Notes: generated by a model not told the origin, from the letters alone. DNA of 64,000 bases from Thermoplasmata archaeon (GCA_027314915.1 DAHUZZ010000008.1:19746-83745), one strand, 5' to 3'; shown: positions 16,981 through 27,047, counted from the stretch's first letter. A program made the numbers and translations.

Positions 16981-18513
16981 CTAGAAGAGGGTGACCTGAA
17001 CCTCGATGTAGGTCACCTGGTAGGCGACCACGTTCAGCGGGACGCTGAGAAGGACCGTCGCCCCGGGCGGGGGGGTCATGCAGCGGGACTGGATCGCGGG
17101 GGCGGCGGTGCACCGCACCGCTCCGGAGAAGAACCCCCGGGGCGTGCTGGTCAGGATCTGGTCCCAGGCCTGGGGGAACCGGGTGCTCAGGTTGAGGGTC
17201 GGCTCGCCGACGAACCCGAGGGGATTCCCGCCGATCGTGAAGTTGAACTCGGTCACGGACAGGACCTGCGTCCCGATGCCCGCGGTCTGGAACCCCTGTT
17301 CGTCGAGCGGGGGGCCCACGAAGCTCAGCACGCCGATCCTGACCATGTTGCCTGCGGTAGTCGTGTAGAAGTCGAGCGGCGGCGGGTCGATGACGACGGA
17401 GTCCCCGTCGCTCGAGCCCAGGAAGACCCCGCCGTCCTCGAGGCCGAGCAGGGCCACGGGGGAGTAGTCGTTCTGGAGCGTGACGGAGAGCCCGCCGTAG
17501 CCGAGATCCGGAAAGTACTGCGTATGGGTGCGGAAGAAGGCGCAGGAACCCAGCCCCGAGACGTTCTGCCATCGCTCCGTATTGAACCGCCCACCGCCCG
17601 GCATGTTCGTGAACGTGGGACCGGAGCTGTAGCCGACCTGGTTGTACCAGGTCAGGTTCGCCGTATCGTGCCGGCCCACGGAGCTCACCTTCCAGCCGTC
17701 GGTGGAGCTCAGGTTCTGGTACGGGCAGAACTGATTGGGCCGGTTCTCGCCGGTGAAGTTCACGTTCATGAAGTTGTAGCTGCCGATGTAGGTCAGGTTC
17801 ACGACGTTCGAGCGGCCGTAGATGTCGTAGTTCGAGATCCAGTGGCTCCCGTTCAGGAAGACGTTCACGAAGTCGTCGTTGCCGTACAGGGTGACATTGA
17901 ACCAGGTGGTCGATCCGACGTAGTAGATGTTGTAGACGTTGTGGTCGCCCGTGAGGTTGACCGCGGCGCAGAGGTTCGAACCGACGAAGGTGTAGCTGAA
18001 GCTGCGGCCGCTCGCGCTGAAGTTGTCCGAGAGCGGCGGCCGGCAGTAGTTCGCGGGGAGCCAGCTGCAACCGTTCCCGTTGTGGTTCGCGCAGATCGAG
18101 CCGTTCCCCCAGTTCGGCGGGTAGTAGGTGGAGCTCCCGACCAGGTTGTTCCAGTCCGCGCCGGTGCCGTTGGGAGCGAACTGGAGATCGCCGCGGGCCG
18201 GAGGCCCGAACGGGGGCACCGCCTGCGATCCCAGCGTCACCGGGGAGACCATCATTGCCTGGGGGTTCGGCGCCCGGGTCTGGGCGAGGACGACCGCGCT
18301 GAGCCGGTCCAGCTGGTTCTCGACGAGGAGCTGGTGCTGGAACTCGTTCTGGGCCTCCTGGTCCGGCAGCGGGCCGAGCGCGTAGGTGGCGATGAACGAC
18401 ACGACGAGGAGGAGCCCCAGGACGACCGCGACGGCGCTGACCTGCGCCCGCTCGTCCCGCCGGAGCCGGCGGCGGCGTCGCACCGTTGAGGAACGTCGAA
18501 GAAACGGCTCCAA
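16981..18513 (-). CDS. large N-glycosylated cell-surface protein with a candidate class III (type IV pilin-like) signal peptide
   Basis: 510 aa, TTG start. The N-terminus is basic (RRRRRLRRDERAQ) and is followed by a hydrophobic stretch (VSAVAVVLGLLLVVSFIATYA). There are more than 15 N-x-S/T sequons. The composition is Asn/Tyr/Gly/Ser-rich. Confidence 0.5.
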   Translation of the reverse strand: MEPFLRRSSTVRRRRRLRRDERAQVSAVAVVLGLLLVVSFIATYALGPLPDQEAQNEFQHQLLVENQLDRLSAVVLAQTRAPNPQAMMVSPVTLGSQAVPPFGPPARGDLQFAPNGTGADWNNLVGSSTYYPPNWGNGSICANHNGNGCSWLPANYCRPPLSDNFSASGRSFSYTFVGSNLCAAVNLTGDHNVYNIYYVGSTTWFNVTLYGNDDFVNVFLNGSHWISNYDIYGRSNVVNLTYIGSYNFMNVNFTGENRPNQFCPYQNLSSTDGWKVSSVGRHDTANLTWYNQVGYSSGPTFTNMPGGGRFNTERWQNVSGLGSCAFFRTHTQYFPDLGYGGLSVTLQNDYSPVALLGLEDGGVFLGSSDGDSVVIDPPPLDFYTTTAGNMVRIGVLSFVGPPLDEQGFQTAGIGTQVLSVTEFNFTIGGNPLGFVGEPTLNLSTRFPQAWDQILTSTPRGFFSGAVRCTAAPAIQSRCMTPPPGATVLLSVPLNVVAYQVTYIEVQVTLF

Positions 18514-18705
18514 GGGGGTGAAACTATGCCTTTCTTCCCGCTATGAACCTGTCGATGGAGAACCCCGGCCCCGCGGGGGGTCCGCGGGTCCCGTCCCCCG
18601 TCGCGGAGGAACCCAAACGACGCCCTAACCACTCGCTCCCGGGCTCACCGGGCCGGGGCCCCCGTAATTGGGGCGTATTAGTATCGGGTCCGGGGTGGCG
18701 GCGCC

Positions 18706-19065
18706 ATGACCGCACCGGCCCTCGCCCTCGAACGCCCGGATCCTCGGCTCGATCGACCGCTCGCGCCCGACCTCTGCGAGGCGGAGGCGGCGATCCGCTA
18801 CGGCTTCGAGGGGCTCGAACCCCCGGGTCCCGGGACGGCGCGCCCCTGCGGAACCGGGCCGCTCTCCCGGGTCGTCCTGCTGCGCTCCCGGGCGACCGGC
18901 TCCCACGCGGAGCTCAGCTGGCGCGTCTACGGGGTCTGCGGGGCGCACGCCGCCGATCTCCGACGGCGGGACGAGGCGGTCCTCCACGCGGGACACCGTT
19001 CGCAGCTGCACCCCCTGAGCGGGGCCGTCCCCTTCGCCGAGGGGCCGTCGCTCGTTCCGGCCTAG
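18706..19065 (+). CDS. hypothetical protein
   Basis: 119 aa, and the only ORF in this gap. A TATA-like element (attagtatcgg) lies about 25 bp upstream. No family recognised. Confidence 0.3.
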   Translation: MTAPALALERPDPRLDRPLAPDLCEAEAAIRYGFEGLEPPGPGTARPCGTGPLSRVVLLRSRATGSHAELSWRVYGVCGAHAADLRRRDEAVLHAGHRSQLHPLSGAVPFAEGPSLVPA

Positions 19066-20474
19066 GCCGGGCGCCCCGGGTCGACGGAGCCGGTCTCCCG
19101 GGCGGCCTCCGCCTCCTCCAGGATGGGTCCCCCGACCGGGTACTCGAAGAGCGCCCCCGGGGGGATCTCCGAGGGCGCGCTCGACGGCTCGTAGCGGAAC
19201 CGGCCCACGACCGGCGTGCCCAAGAGCCCGAGCCCGACGAGCGCCATCCCCGCGCCCGCGGCGAGGTAGGTCGGTCCGAGGCCGACCTCGAAGACCATCG
19301 CCCCCCCGACGTACTGGCCGACCGGGACGAAGGCGAGGCTGCCGACCTCGTCGGCCGCGAAGACCCGGCCCAGGAGCTGGTTCGGTACCGTCGCCTGCAC
19401 GCCGGCCATGAAGGCGGTCTGGAACATCCCCGGGAACATCCCGAAGAGGAACATCACCCCCAGGGCGACCAGCGGGGAATGGGTGAAGGAGAAGGCGGCG
19501 AGGCAACCGGCCATGCCGAGGGTGAGGGCCCCCAGGATCCGCCCGAGATGGCGCTCGAATCGGATCCGGTTGATGGCGATCGCCCCGAGCCCGGCCCCGA
19601 GCGTGCCCGCCGCGTAGAGGTAGCCGAGGAACCCCGCGCCCTGCCCGAGGTAGAAGACGGAGTAGGCGGCGAGCTGGACGAAGGCCAGCGCCGAGAGGAA
19701 GTTGATGGCCAGCGCGCCGACGGTCACGGCGAGCAGCTCGCGCCGGCGCCCGAGGTAGCGGTATCCCTCCTGGGCATCGATGAGGAAGCTCTGGTCGGTC
19801 GCGCGCGGGGCGGCCGGCGCCGGGGCGATCCGGAAGAGGAGGAGCTCCGCCCCCAGGAACAGGAGCAGCGGCACGGTGAGGGCGATCGCCGCGCCGGCGT
19901 GATCGACCAGGAGGCCGGTGATCACCTGGGCCGAGGCGCTGACGACCACGATGAACGCGTAGAGGAGGCCGTTCGCGACCCCGAGCTGGTGGCCCTCCAC
20001 CAGCCTCGGGAGGGCCGCGTTGAACGTCGGGCGGAAGATCGTCACGGCCGCCATCAGCGCGGCCCAGAGGGGGATCGCGAGCAGGAACCACAGCGGCAGG
20101 TAGAACCCCGCGGGCCCGGGCGCGAGGATCGACCGCGACGGGGCGAGCGCGAAGACGAGGGTGATCACCAGCGTGGCGGCGAGCGCGATCCCGCCGATGA
20201 GCCGGAGCAGCCAGCGCCGGTCGTACCGGTCCGCCAGCGTCCCCGAGACCACCGCCGCGGCGAGCGTCGGCACCGTCGCGGCCAGGCCGAGGAAGGAGAG
20301 CGCGAGGGCGGAGAAGGATTGCCCGGTGTAGGCGAGCGCCACCTCCGTCTGGAGGACGATGAGGGCGGTCGTGGGGGCGGCGAAGGAGAGCGTCCCGGCG
20401 AGGAGGAAGGTGACGAACCCGCGGTTCCGCAGCAGGGAGGAGTACTGGCTCAGGGACCGGGCACCCCGTCCCAA
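19062..20474 (-). CDS. MFS transporter
   Basis: 470 aa with 12 predicted TM helices and an MFS-type N-terminal half. The 4-bp convergent overlap is with the gene 18706..19065. Confidence 0.75.
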   Translation of the reverse strand: MGRGARSLSQYSSLLRNRGFVTFLLAGTLSFAAPTTALIVLQTEVALAYTGQSFSALALSFLGLAATVPTLAAAVVSGTLADRYDRRWLLRLIGGIALAATLVITLVFALAPSRSILAPGPAGFYLPLWFLLAIPLWAALMAAVTIFRPTFNAALPRLVEGHQLGVANGLLYAFIVVVSASAQVITGLLVDHAGAAIALTVPLLLFLGAELLLFRIAPAPAAPRATDQSFLIDAQEGYRYLGRRRELLAVTVGALAINFLSALAFVQLAAYSVFYLGQGAGFLGYLYAAGTLGAGLGAIAINRIRFERHLGRILGALTLGMAGCLAAFSFTHSPLVALGVMFLFGMFPGMFQTAFMAGVQATVPNQLLGRVFAADEVGSLAFVPVGQYVGGAMVFEVGLGPTYLAAGAGMALVGLGLLGTPVVGRFRYEPSSAPSEIPPGALFEYPVGGPILEEAEAARETGSVDPGRPA

Positions 20475-20565
20475 GCGGAGATGAGAGGTTTAATAGTTCC
20501 GGGCGCGGGGCCGGACCCGGGAACCGCGCGCCGGTCCCGGCGCCGTCCCGCGTCGCGGCGCGGGG

Positions 20566-21681
20566 TTGAATACTCCGACCGCGTCCTTGCACCCGGGTTC
20601 CGTGCGGCTCCTCCACCATGACCCGAAGACCGGGCTGCTCCGGATCCGTCTCGAGACCCCCAGCGATCTCTGGCGCATCGCCCGGATGATCCGCCCGGGC
20701 GACCTCGTCGGCGCCTCCACCACCCGGCGGGACCCCGAGGCGCCGGCGGAGGCGAAGTCGGCCGAGCGGGAGCGTCGGAGGGTCTGGCTCGTGGTGCGGG
20801 CCGAGCAGGTCGAGTTCCACGGCTTCGGGGAGGCCCGGGTGCGCGTCACCGGCCCCATCGCGGAGGGACCGTTCGACCAGGGCCGGCACCACACCCTCGA
20901 TCTCGTGGAGGGCGGCGAGCTCACCGTCGCCAAGCCGGAGTTGACCGGGGCCGACCGGGCGCTCCTCGAGGAGGGTACCCAGGCCCGCGGGGACCCCGCG
21001 CTCCTCGTGGCCGCGGTGGACTGGGGGGAGTCCACGATCGTCCGGCTCCGGGGGCGGATGGTCCAGCCGGTCGCCGAGCTGAGCCGTTCGCTGCCGGGCA
21101 AGCGGTACGGCGGGGCGGCGGCGGAGAAGGCCCGCGCGGCCTACCGCGACGAGGTCGCCGAGCTGCTGGTCCGCGAGGGGGCGGGGGCGACCGCGGTCGT
21201 GCTCGCGGGCCCGGGGTTCTTCAAGGAGGAGCTCACGCGCGCCCTCCTCGAGCGCGCGCCGGGGCTCAAGGCCAAACTGCGCACCACCGCGACGGCCGAG
21301 AGCGGGGGGGCGGGCGTCATGGAGCTGTTGAGGTCCGGCCGCGCGAGCGAGGTGCTCCAGGGGAGCGTGGCGGCCGAGGAGGCGGACCTCGTCGAGCGGC
21401 TCGTGACGGCGCTCGGCGGGGGGAAGCGGGCCGCCGTCGGGCCCAAGGAGGTGGAGAGCGCCCTCGGGGCCGGGGCGGTCGAGACGCTCCTCGTGGACGA
21501 AACGGAGCTCGCGAAGCCGCCCATCTCCGCCCTCCTCGACCGGGCGCGCGACGGGAAGGTACGGGTCTTCATCGTGGGTTCGGGCGGGGAGGCGAGCAAG
21601 CGGCTCCGCGCCCTGGGTGGGATCGGCGGGATCCTGAGGTTCGACTTCGTGCCGGGCGGCCGGGAGCGCCGGGCGGGCTAG
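20566..21681 (+). CDS. mRNA surveillance protein Pelota (aPelota/Dom34)
   Basis: The N-terminal domain is LLRIRLETPSDLWRIARMIRPGDLVGASTTRR. The central and eRF1-like C-terminal domains are present. The true start may be the in-frame GTG near 20599. Confidence 0.8.
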   Translation: MNTPTASLHPGSVRLLHHDPKTGLLRIRLETPSDLWRIARMIRPGDLVGASTTRRDPEAPAEAKSAERERRRVWLVVRAEQVEFHGFGEARVRVTGPIAEGPFDQGRHHTLDLVEGGELTVAKPELTGADRALLEEGTQARGDPALLVAAVDWGESTIVRLRGRMVQPVAELSRSLPGKRYGGAAAEKARAAYRDEVAELLVREGAGATAVVLAGPGFFKEELTRALLERAPGLKAKLRTTATAESGGAGVMELLRSGRASEVLQGSVAAEEADLVERLVTALGGGKRAAVGPKEVESALGAGAVETLLVDETELAKPPISALLDRARDGKVRVFIVGSGGEASKRLRALGGIGGILRFDFVPGGRERRAG

Positions 21682-22532
21682 GGGATCGCCTGGACGGCTT
21701 CCCGGAGCTCCTCGAAGCGGCCCTTGAGGTCCTTGAGCGCGTAGCGGAACGCCTCGCGCGCCGTGAGCGAGCCGTCGGTCTCCAGCCGGAGGAAGTGGTC
21801 GTCCTCGTTCAGACGGACCTGGAGCGAGCCATGCTCGCAGTACCGCTGGGTGCCCAGGAGCAGCACCGCCTTCGACGGGTCCTCCCCGCCGGTGTAGGTG
21901 AGCTTCCCGCCGGAGAACTCGAGCAGCCCGGCGGGGGCGGAGGACGCGAGCCGCTTGAGGCAGGTGTCGGAGCAGCCGGGCTTCTTCTGGATCCGGACCT
22001 CGGCGGCCGGCTGGACGCCGACCGCGTGGGCGACCTGCCACTTCGAATGGTCCCGGGCGCTCCCGACCACCGCGGTGGCGTAGGCGAGCAGCGCCTGGCG
22101 GGCGCCCAGCTGGACGATCGGGACCTCCGGCTCGAGGATCGCGAGCGACGGGTCCCCGAGCGGGGTCAGGTCGCGGGCGTACACCGTGCAGGGGCCCTTC
22201 TTGTCGATGGAGTACATCACCTGGCAGTGGGGGCACCCCTCGCCCTTGCAGGTGCACTCCGACTTCCGTCGGAACTGGCCCAGGTCGGTCGGGATGGGCA
22301 GGAGGCCGAGCCTCAGCGCGACCGCCTCGTCGAACATGCTGGTGGAGGAATCGTAGTCCTTGCCCGTCGTCTCGTCCCGGATCGGGCCCAGGTGGAACTC
22401 GACATCCTCGATGGCGAGCTTGGGGACGTCGGTGAGCAGCGCGCGCCGGATGGCGTTCGCCTGGGGGGTGGTGGTGCCCGCGAGCTCGACCTTGAGCTCC
22501 CGGGGCGTGAGGTGCAGGACCTTGAGCTCCAT
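21678..22532 (-). CDS. rpoD: DNA-directed RNA polymerase subunit D (Rpo3)
   Basis: 284 aa with a Cys cluster (CTCKGEGCPHC) and the Rpo3 fold pattern. It lies immediately downstream of S13-S4-S11, as in the canonical archaeal operon. Confidence 0.85.
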   Translation of the reverse strand: MELKVLHLTPRELKVELAGTTTPQANAIRRALLTDVPKLAIEDVEFHLGPIRDETTGKDYDSSTSMFDEAVALRLGLLPIPTDLGQFRRKSECTCKGEGCPHCQVMYSIDKKGPCTVYARDLTPLGDPSLAILEPEVPIVQLGARQALLAYATAVVGSARDHSKWQVAHAVGVQPAAEVRIQKKPGCSDTCLKRLASSAPAGLLEFSGGKLTYTGGEDPSKAVLLLGTQRYCEHGSLQVRLNEDDHFLRLETDGSLTAREAFRYALKDLKGRFEELREAVQAIP

Positions 22533-22547
22533 CGTCCCGTCTCCCCC

Positions 22548-22931
22548 CTAGACCCGCCGGCCCCGGCGTCCGCCCTTGGGCTTGGTGCCGTCGTGGGGCA
22601 CCGGGGTCACGTCCTCGATCCGGCTGATCTTCACGCCGGCCCGGGCGAGCGCCCGGATCGCGGCCTGCGCCCCCGGGCCGGGGGAGCGGGCGCGGTTGCC
22701 GCCCGGCGCACGGACCCGGACCTGGAGGGTGTCGTAGCCCTTCTCCTTGATCACGGCGGCGATCTGGTCGGCCGCCTTCATCGCGGCATAGGGGCTCGAC
22801 TCGTCGCGGGCCGCCTTGACGACCATCCCGCCGGTGGCCTTGGTCAGCGTCTCGGCGCCGGTCACGTCGGTGACGGTGATGTGGATGTTGTTGTAGCTCG
22901 CGTAGATGTGCGCGATCCCGATCTTCGCCAT
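22548..22931 (-). CDS. rps11: 30S ribosomal protein S11 (uS11)
   Basis: [17 protein letters not shown]...[14 protein letters not shown] is characteristic of uS11. Confidence 0.9.
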   Translation of the reverse strand: MAKIGIAHIYASYNNIHITVTDVTGAETLTKATGGMVVKAARDESSPYAAMKAADQIAAVIKEKGYDTLQVRVRAPGGNRARSPGPGAQAAIRALARAGVKISRIEDVTPVPHDGTKPKGGRRGRRV

Positions 22932-22933
22932 CG

Positions 22934-23527
22934 TCAGGGTCCTCCCACGGCCGGCCCGGGCGCCATGGGCGGAGGCGCCGACGACGGCGCGGACCGCTCG
23001 CGGATCGCCTGCCGGATCGGATGTTCCTCGTTGGTGAGCGGGCTGCGGGGCGCGTAGGCGATGAGCGCCTCCTCGGTACCGGGCACCAGGTAGCCCGGCC
23101 GGGTCACCTTGTGGTCCCCGATGATGAAGTGGCCATGGACGATCATCTGGCGGGCGCCCCAGGGCGTGGGCGCGAGCCCCTTGGTGACGACCACCCAGGC
23201 GAACCGCCGGGCGAGGAGGTCGTCGATGGTGAGCGCCAGCACGTCGTCGATGGCGGGGGAGCCCGTATGCAGGATCCCGAGACGGGTGAGCCGGCCGAGG
23301 AGGCCGTCCACCTCGCGCTGCGCCTGGGGCTCGCCGGCGCGGAGCCGGGCCGCGAGGTCGCGGGCCTGGCGTCGGAAGCCCCGGAGCGTGGACTGCGCCT
23401 TCCAGAGCTCGCGCTTGTTCTTGAGGCCGTACTTCTCGAGGAGCTTCCGCTCCTCGTCCATGCGCACGGCCTCCCAGGGGTGCTTCGGGGTCTCGTACAT
23501 CCGCCGCAGGAACTTCGGATCGCCCAT
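22934..23527 (-). CDS. rps4: 30S ribosomal protein S4 (uS4)
   Basis: [17 protein letters not shown]...[18 protein letters not shown] is characteristic of archaeal S4. Confidence 0.9.
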   Translation of the reverse strand: MGDPKFLRRMYETPKHPWEAVRMDEERKLLEKYGLKNKRELWKAQSTLRGFRRQARDLAARLRAGEPQAQREVDGLLGRLTRLGILHTGSPAIDDVLALTIDDLLARRFAWVVVTKGLAPTPWGARQMIVHGHFIIGDHKVTRPGYLVPGTEEALIAYAPRSPLTNEEHPIRQAIRERSAPSSAPPPMAPGPAVGGP

Positions 23528-23531
23528 CGGA

Positions 23532-24254
23532 TCACGCGCCTCCGGGGGCCGCGGCGGCGGCCGCCGGCTTCTTCTTCTCGTCCTTGGCCTCGCCGGCTTC
23601 GGAGGCCTTGGCGGCGGCCGCCTCCTTGGCCTGCTTCTTGAGCACGCCCGCGGCCATACCGGTCCGGCCGTTCGAGCGGGTCCGCTGGCCGCGGACCTTC
23701 TGGCCCCGCTCGTGCCGTACGCCCTTGTAGCTGCGGACCATGCGCATGAGGTTCACGTCGTCGCGCCGGGAGGTCTCGAGCTCCGGGCCGAAGTAGTGGT
23801 GGTTCTCACCGGTGGCGTAGTCGGACGGATGGTTCACCATCCAGGTGGGCAGACGGGTCGCGAGCTGGTTCAGGGTCTGCTCGATCCCGTCGACGGTCGC
23901 CTCGGGAAGGTTCCCGATCCGCTCGGTCGCGTTCACGCCGGCCATGCGGCAGGCCACCTCGGCGATCCTCGGGCCGATGCCCCGGACCCCCGTGAGGGCG
24001 AGCCCGGTCGCGCGGGTGCCGTCGAGATCGCTGCCGGCGAGCCGGACGATGTAGCGGAAATCGGGGTTGTCGGGGACGAACTTCTTCGTCTTCGTCTCCG
24101 CCCCCGGCGCGCCGGTCTTGCCGGCCTTGGCGGGCTTGCCCTCTTTCGTCCGCGACGCCCTCTCCTTCTTCGGCGACGCCTTCTCCGCCTCGGCGGGGGC
24201 CGGGGCCGCGGCCGCCGGGGTGGCGGGCGCCTCCTCCTTGGGGTTCTTCGGCAT
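23532..24254 (-). CDS. rps13: 30S ribosomal protein S13 (uS13) with Ala/Lys/Pro-rich N- and C-terminal extensions
   Basis: The core is FRYIVRLAGSDLDG...GVRGIGPRIAE...RMVRSYKGVRHERGQKVRGQRT. The start ATG at 24254 gives a ~58-aa low-complexity N-terminal extension. The start could be further downstream. Confidence 0.85.
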   Translation of the reverse strand: MPKNPKEEAPATPAAAAPAPAEAEKASPKKERASRTKEGKPAKAGKTGAPGAETKTKKFVPDNPDFRYIVRLAGSDLDGTRATGLALTGVRGIGPRIAEVACRMAGVNATERIGNLPEATVDGIEQTLNQLATRLPTWMVNHPSDYATGENHHYFGPELETSRRDDVNLMRMVRSYKGVRHERGQKVRGQRTRSNGRTGMAAGVLKKQAKEAAAAKASEAGEAKDEKKKPAAAAAAPGGA

Positions 24255-24528
24255 CCCTGATCCTTCCCGCGCTAGGCGAACCGTCGCTTCGGGCGGGAAG
24301 CGATCCCCCGGTCGTCGGACCGGCGTGCGTTCGAGGTGGTGGGGTGCGTGGACGCGGACATGGTGAGCTCCCAATCGGCCCCGAGGGGTCGTCGAGAGTC
24401 GGCGCGAGCCGGGGGACCTTCATAAGAGCTTCGGTGGCGAAGGGCCGCGCTCGACGTGGGGGCGCCGGCGCGGACCCCCGAAAGCAGATGAGGCGAGGAC
24501 CGCTGGCCCGCGCTCCGAGGAATCCCGC

Positions 24529-25236
24529 GTGGACGTTTCGGTGGTCCTGCCGACGTACAACGAGCGGGACTGCCTCGGCCCGCTCGCGCCCCGGCTCGAC
24601 TCCGCGCTCGCCCCGTGGACGCACGAGATCATCGTCGTCGACGACGACTCGCCGGACGGCACCGGGGAGCTCGTCACGGAGCTCGGCCGCCGCGGACCCT
24701 GGGTCCTCCGGACGCGCCGGGGCGAGCGGGGGCTCGCGGGCGCCGTCCTGGCCGGCTTCGAGGTCGCCCGCGGGACCGTCGTCGTGGTCATGGACGCCGA
24801 CGGGAGCCATCCGCCCGAGACGCTGCCCGCGCTGGTGCGCGCCGTCCTCGGGGGGGCCGATCTCGCGCTCGCGAGCCGGTTCGTGCCGGGCGGGTCCGAC
24901 CGCGGGCTCCACGGGATCCGCCGGGCGGTCTCGTGGGGCGCCTCCCGGCTCGCGCGGCCGCTCACGAACGTGCGCGATCCCATGTCCGGCTACTTCGCCG
25001 TGCGCCGCGCCCTCCTCTCGGGCGTCGCCCTCACGCCGGTGGGCTACAAGATCGGGCTCGAGGTCCTCGTGAAATGCCGGCCGGCGCGGGTCACGGAGGT
25101 GCCGTTCGTCTTCGAGGGCCGGATCGCCGGGACGAGCAAGCTCGGCTCCCGGCAGGTGGCCGCCTACGTCGAGCACATCTTCCGGCTCTACCGCTGGCGG
25201 TTCGCCGGACCCGGCCGCGCCTCGAGCACCCGGTAG
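24529..25236 (+). CDS. GT2 family glycosyltransferase, dolichyl-phosphate mannose/glucose synthase-like
   Basis: GTG start. VVLPTYNERD...DDDSPDGT...VMDADGSHPPE is the GT2/DPM1 signature. Confidence 0.75.
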   Translation: MDVSVVLPTYNERDCLGPLAPRLDSALAPWTHEIIVVDDDSPDGTGELVTELGRRGPWVLRTRRGERGLAGAVLAGFEVARGTVVVVMDADGSHPPETLPALVRAVLGGADLALASRFVPGGSDRGLHGIRRAVSWGASRLARPLTNVRDPMSGYFAVRRALLSGVALTPVGYKIGLEVLVKCRPARVTEVPFVFEGRIAGTSKLGSRQVAAYVEHIFRLYRWRFAGPGRASSTR

Positions 25237-25835
25237 CCGCTCCCCCGGGCCCGCACCACGACGCTCTCCGGGGCCCAGTGCTCGGCGAGCCAGCGCTGGT
25301 AGAACTGGATCCCCTGACTCCCCTTCCCCACCAGGAGGAGCCGCCCGGAGGCGGTCAGGTGCTCCGGGGCCTGCTCGAGCAGCGAGAGGATCGTCTCGCG
25401 CCCGGCGTGGTAGGGCGGATTGGTCACGATGAGATCGAAGCGCATCTCGCGCACCGGCTCGAAGAGCCGGCCCGACCGGACGGTCGCGTTCGGGATACGG
25501 TTCCGGCGGGCGTTGCCGCGGGCGAGGAGGATCGCCCGGCGGTTCACGTCGGTCAGCACCACCGCCCCGCCCGGCGCGGCGCGGGCGGCGGCGAGCCCGA
25601 GCGCCCCCCACCCGCAGCCCAGGTCCAGCACCTGGTCGTTCGGCCCGGGGTCGAGCGCGGTGATGAGGAGCGCGGTGCCGGGATCGAGCCCCTCGGAGGC
25701 GAAGACGCCCCGGTCGGTCTCGAAGACGAGCAGCTCCCCCCGGTAGAGGAACCGGAGCTCCCGGACCCGGTGCGCGGAGCGGGGGCGCTCGGCGAAGTAC
25801 TGCTCGCCGCCCGACGGCTCGGGCTCCTCCTCCAT
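25188..25835 (-). CDS. class I SAM-dependent methyltransferase (RsmC/RlmG-like small-domain MTase, NPPY motif)
   Basis: The SAM motif is VLDLGCGWGALG and the N-methylase motif is IVTNPPYH. A 49-bp convergent overlap with the GT2 gene is tolerated. Confidence 0.7.
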   Translation of the reverse strand: MEEEPEPSGGEQYFAERPRSAHRVRELRFLYRGELLVFETDRGVFASEGLDPGTALLITALDPGPNDQVLDLGCGWGALGLAAARAAPGGAVVLTDVNRRAILLARGNARRNRIPNATVRSGRLFEPVREMRFDLIVTNPPYHAGRETILSLLEQAPEHLTASGRLLLVGKGSQGIQFYQRWLAEHWAPESVVVRARGSGYRVLEARPGPANRQR

Positions 25836-27002
25836 CTAGCTGCGCCGGCCGAAGAGGCCGCCCTTCTTGGGGACCGTTCCCGGGGAGGGCGGGGGGCCCA
25901 GCGCCTCGCGGAGCAGCTCCTTCTGGTGCGACGTGAGCGTGCGGGGCAGCTCGACGTCGACGGTGACGATGAGGTCGCCGCGGGAGGTGCCCCGGAGGCG
26001 GGGGAACCCCTCGCCGCGGAGACGGAACTGCGCGCCCGGCTGCGTCCCCGGGGGCACCTTGAGGATCGCCTCCCCCGTCAGGGTCCGGACCCGCACCTCG
26101 CCGCCCAGGAGGGCGAGCGCGAGCGGCGTCAGGGCCTCGGTGAAGGCGTCCTGGCCCTCGCGGTGGAACCCGGGCATCGGCTCCAGCTGGACCTGCACGA
26201 AGAGGTCGCCCGACAACCCGTCGTTCAGGCTCCCCTCGCCCTGCTGCGCGAGCCGGAGCAGGGTGCCGTCCTCGATCCCGGGCGGGATCGTGACCTCGAC
26301 GTGGCGGATCGTCCGCTGGGCGCCCGCGCCGCCGCACGTGGGGCAGACCTCCCGGATGCGGCGCCCCGTGCCGCGGCAGGTGAGGCACTCCATGATGGAG
26401 ATGAGCTGGGTGTAGCCGCGCGTCTGGCTCCGCCGGATCTGGCCCCGGCCGTCGCACTCCGGGCACTTCTCGAACGCCGTGCCGCCCTTCGCGCCCGTGC
26501 CCCGGCACTCCGGGCAGGGCCCGGTGCGCGGCACGTCGAGGACCCGGGTCGCTCCCGTCACGGCGGCGGAGAGCGGGAGCCGGACCGCGACCTCGACGTC
26601 CCCCCCGCGGAACGGGATCCGGGAGTCCCTCCGGGTCGAGCCCCCGAAGACGCCCCCGAGACCCCCGGGCGCCTGGAACCACTCCCGGAAGAAGGGCGAG
26701 CTGCCGAGAAGGTCCTCGAGGTCGCCCGCGTGGGTGAAGTTCTGCCACGTGAACCCCTGCGGGCCGAACTCCCCCTCGACGCCCGCGTGGCCCATCGCGT
26801 CGTACCGCTCCCGCTTCGTGCGGTCGGCGAGCACCTCGTAGGCCTCGGAGAGCTCCTTGAACCGCTCCTCCGCGGCCTTGGGGTTCGCGGTGTTGACATC
26901 GGGATGGTGCTTCCGGGCCAGCTGCCGGTAGGCCTTGCGGATCTCCTCCTCGGAGGCGGTGCGCGGAACTCCGAGCACCTGGTAGTAGTCCCGTTTCGCC
27001 AT
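25836..27002 (-). CDS. dnaJ: molecular chaperone DnaJ (Hsp40)
   Basis: The J domain is DYYQVLGV...HHPDVN. There is a G/F region and a CxxCxGxG zinc-finger repeat ([32 protein letters not shown]). Confidence 0.9.
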   Translation of the reverse strand: MAKRDYYQVLGVPRTASEEEIRKAYRQLARKHHPDVNTANPKAAEERFKELSEAYEVLADRTKRERYDAMGHAGVEGEFGPQGFTWQNFTHAGDLEDLLGSSPFFREWFQAPGGLGGVFGGSTRRDSRIPFRGGDVEVAVRLPLSAAVTGATRVLDVPRTGPCPECRGTGAKGGTAFEKCPECDGRGQIRRSQTRGYTQLISIMECLTCRGTGRRIREVCPTCGGAGAQRTIRHVEVTIPPGIEDGTLLRLAQQGEGSLNDGLSGDLFVQVQLEPMPGFHREGQDAFTEALTPLALALLGGEVRVRTLTGEAILKVPPGTQPGAQFRLRGEGFPRLRGTSRGDLIVTVDVELPRTLTSHQKELLREALGPPPSPGTVPKKGGLFGRRS

Positions 27003-27047
27003 GGGGATGTTGCGCAGGGTACGCCCTCCCGTTACCGACCGGGCATT

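Noticed and set aside
18625-22257. 1210-aa ORF spanning the MFS, pelota and rpoD regions
   Set aside because: It crosses three well-supported genes on either strand. The translation is Arg/Pro/Gly-rich with no domains.
23806-26748. 980-aa ORF across S13, the GT2 gene, the methyltransferase and dnaJ
   Set aside because: It is antisense or out-of-frame relative to four confidently identified genes. It also has a low-complexity translation.
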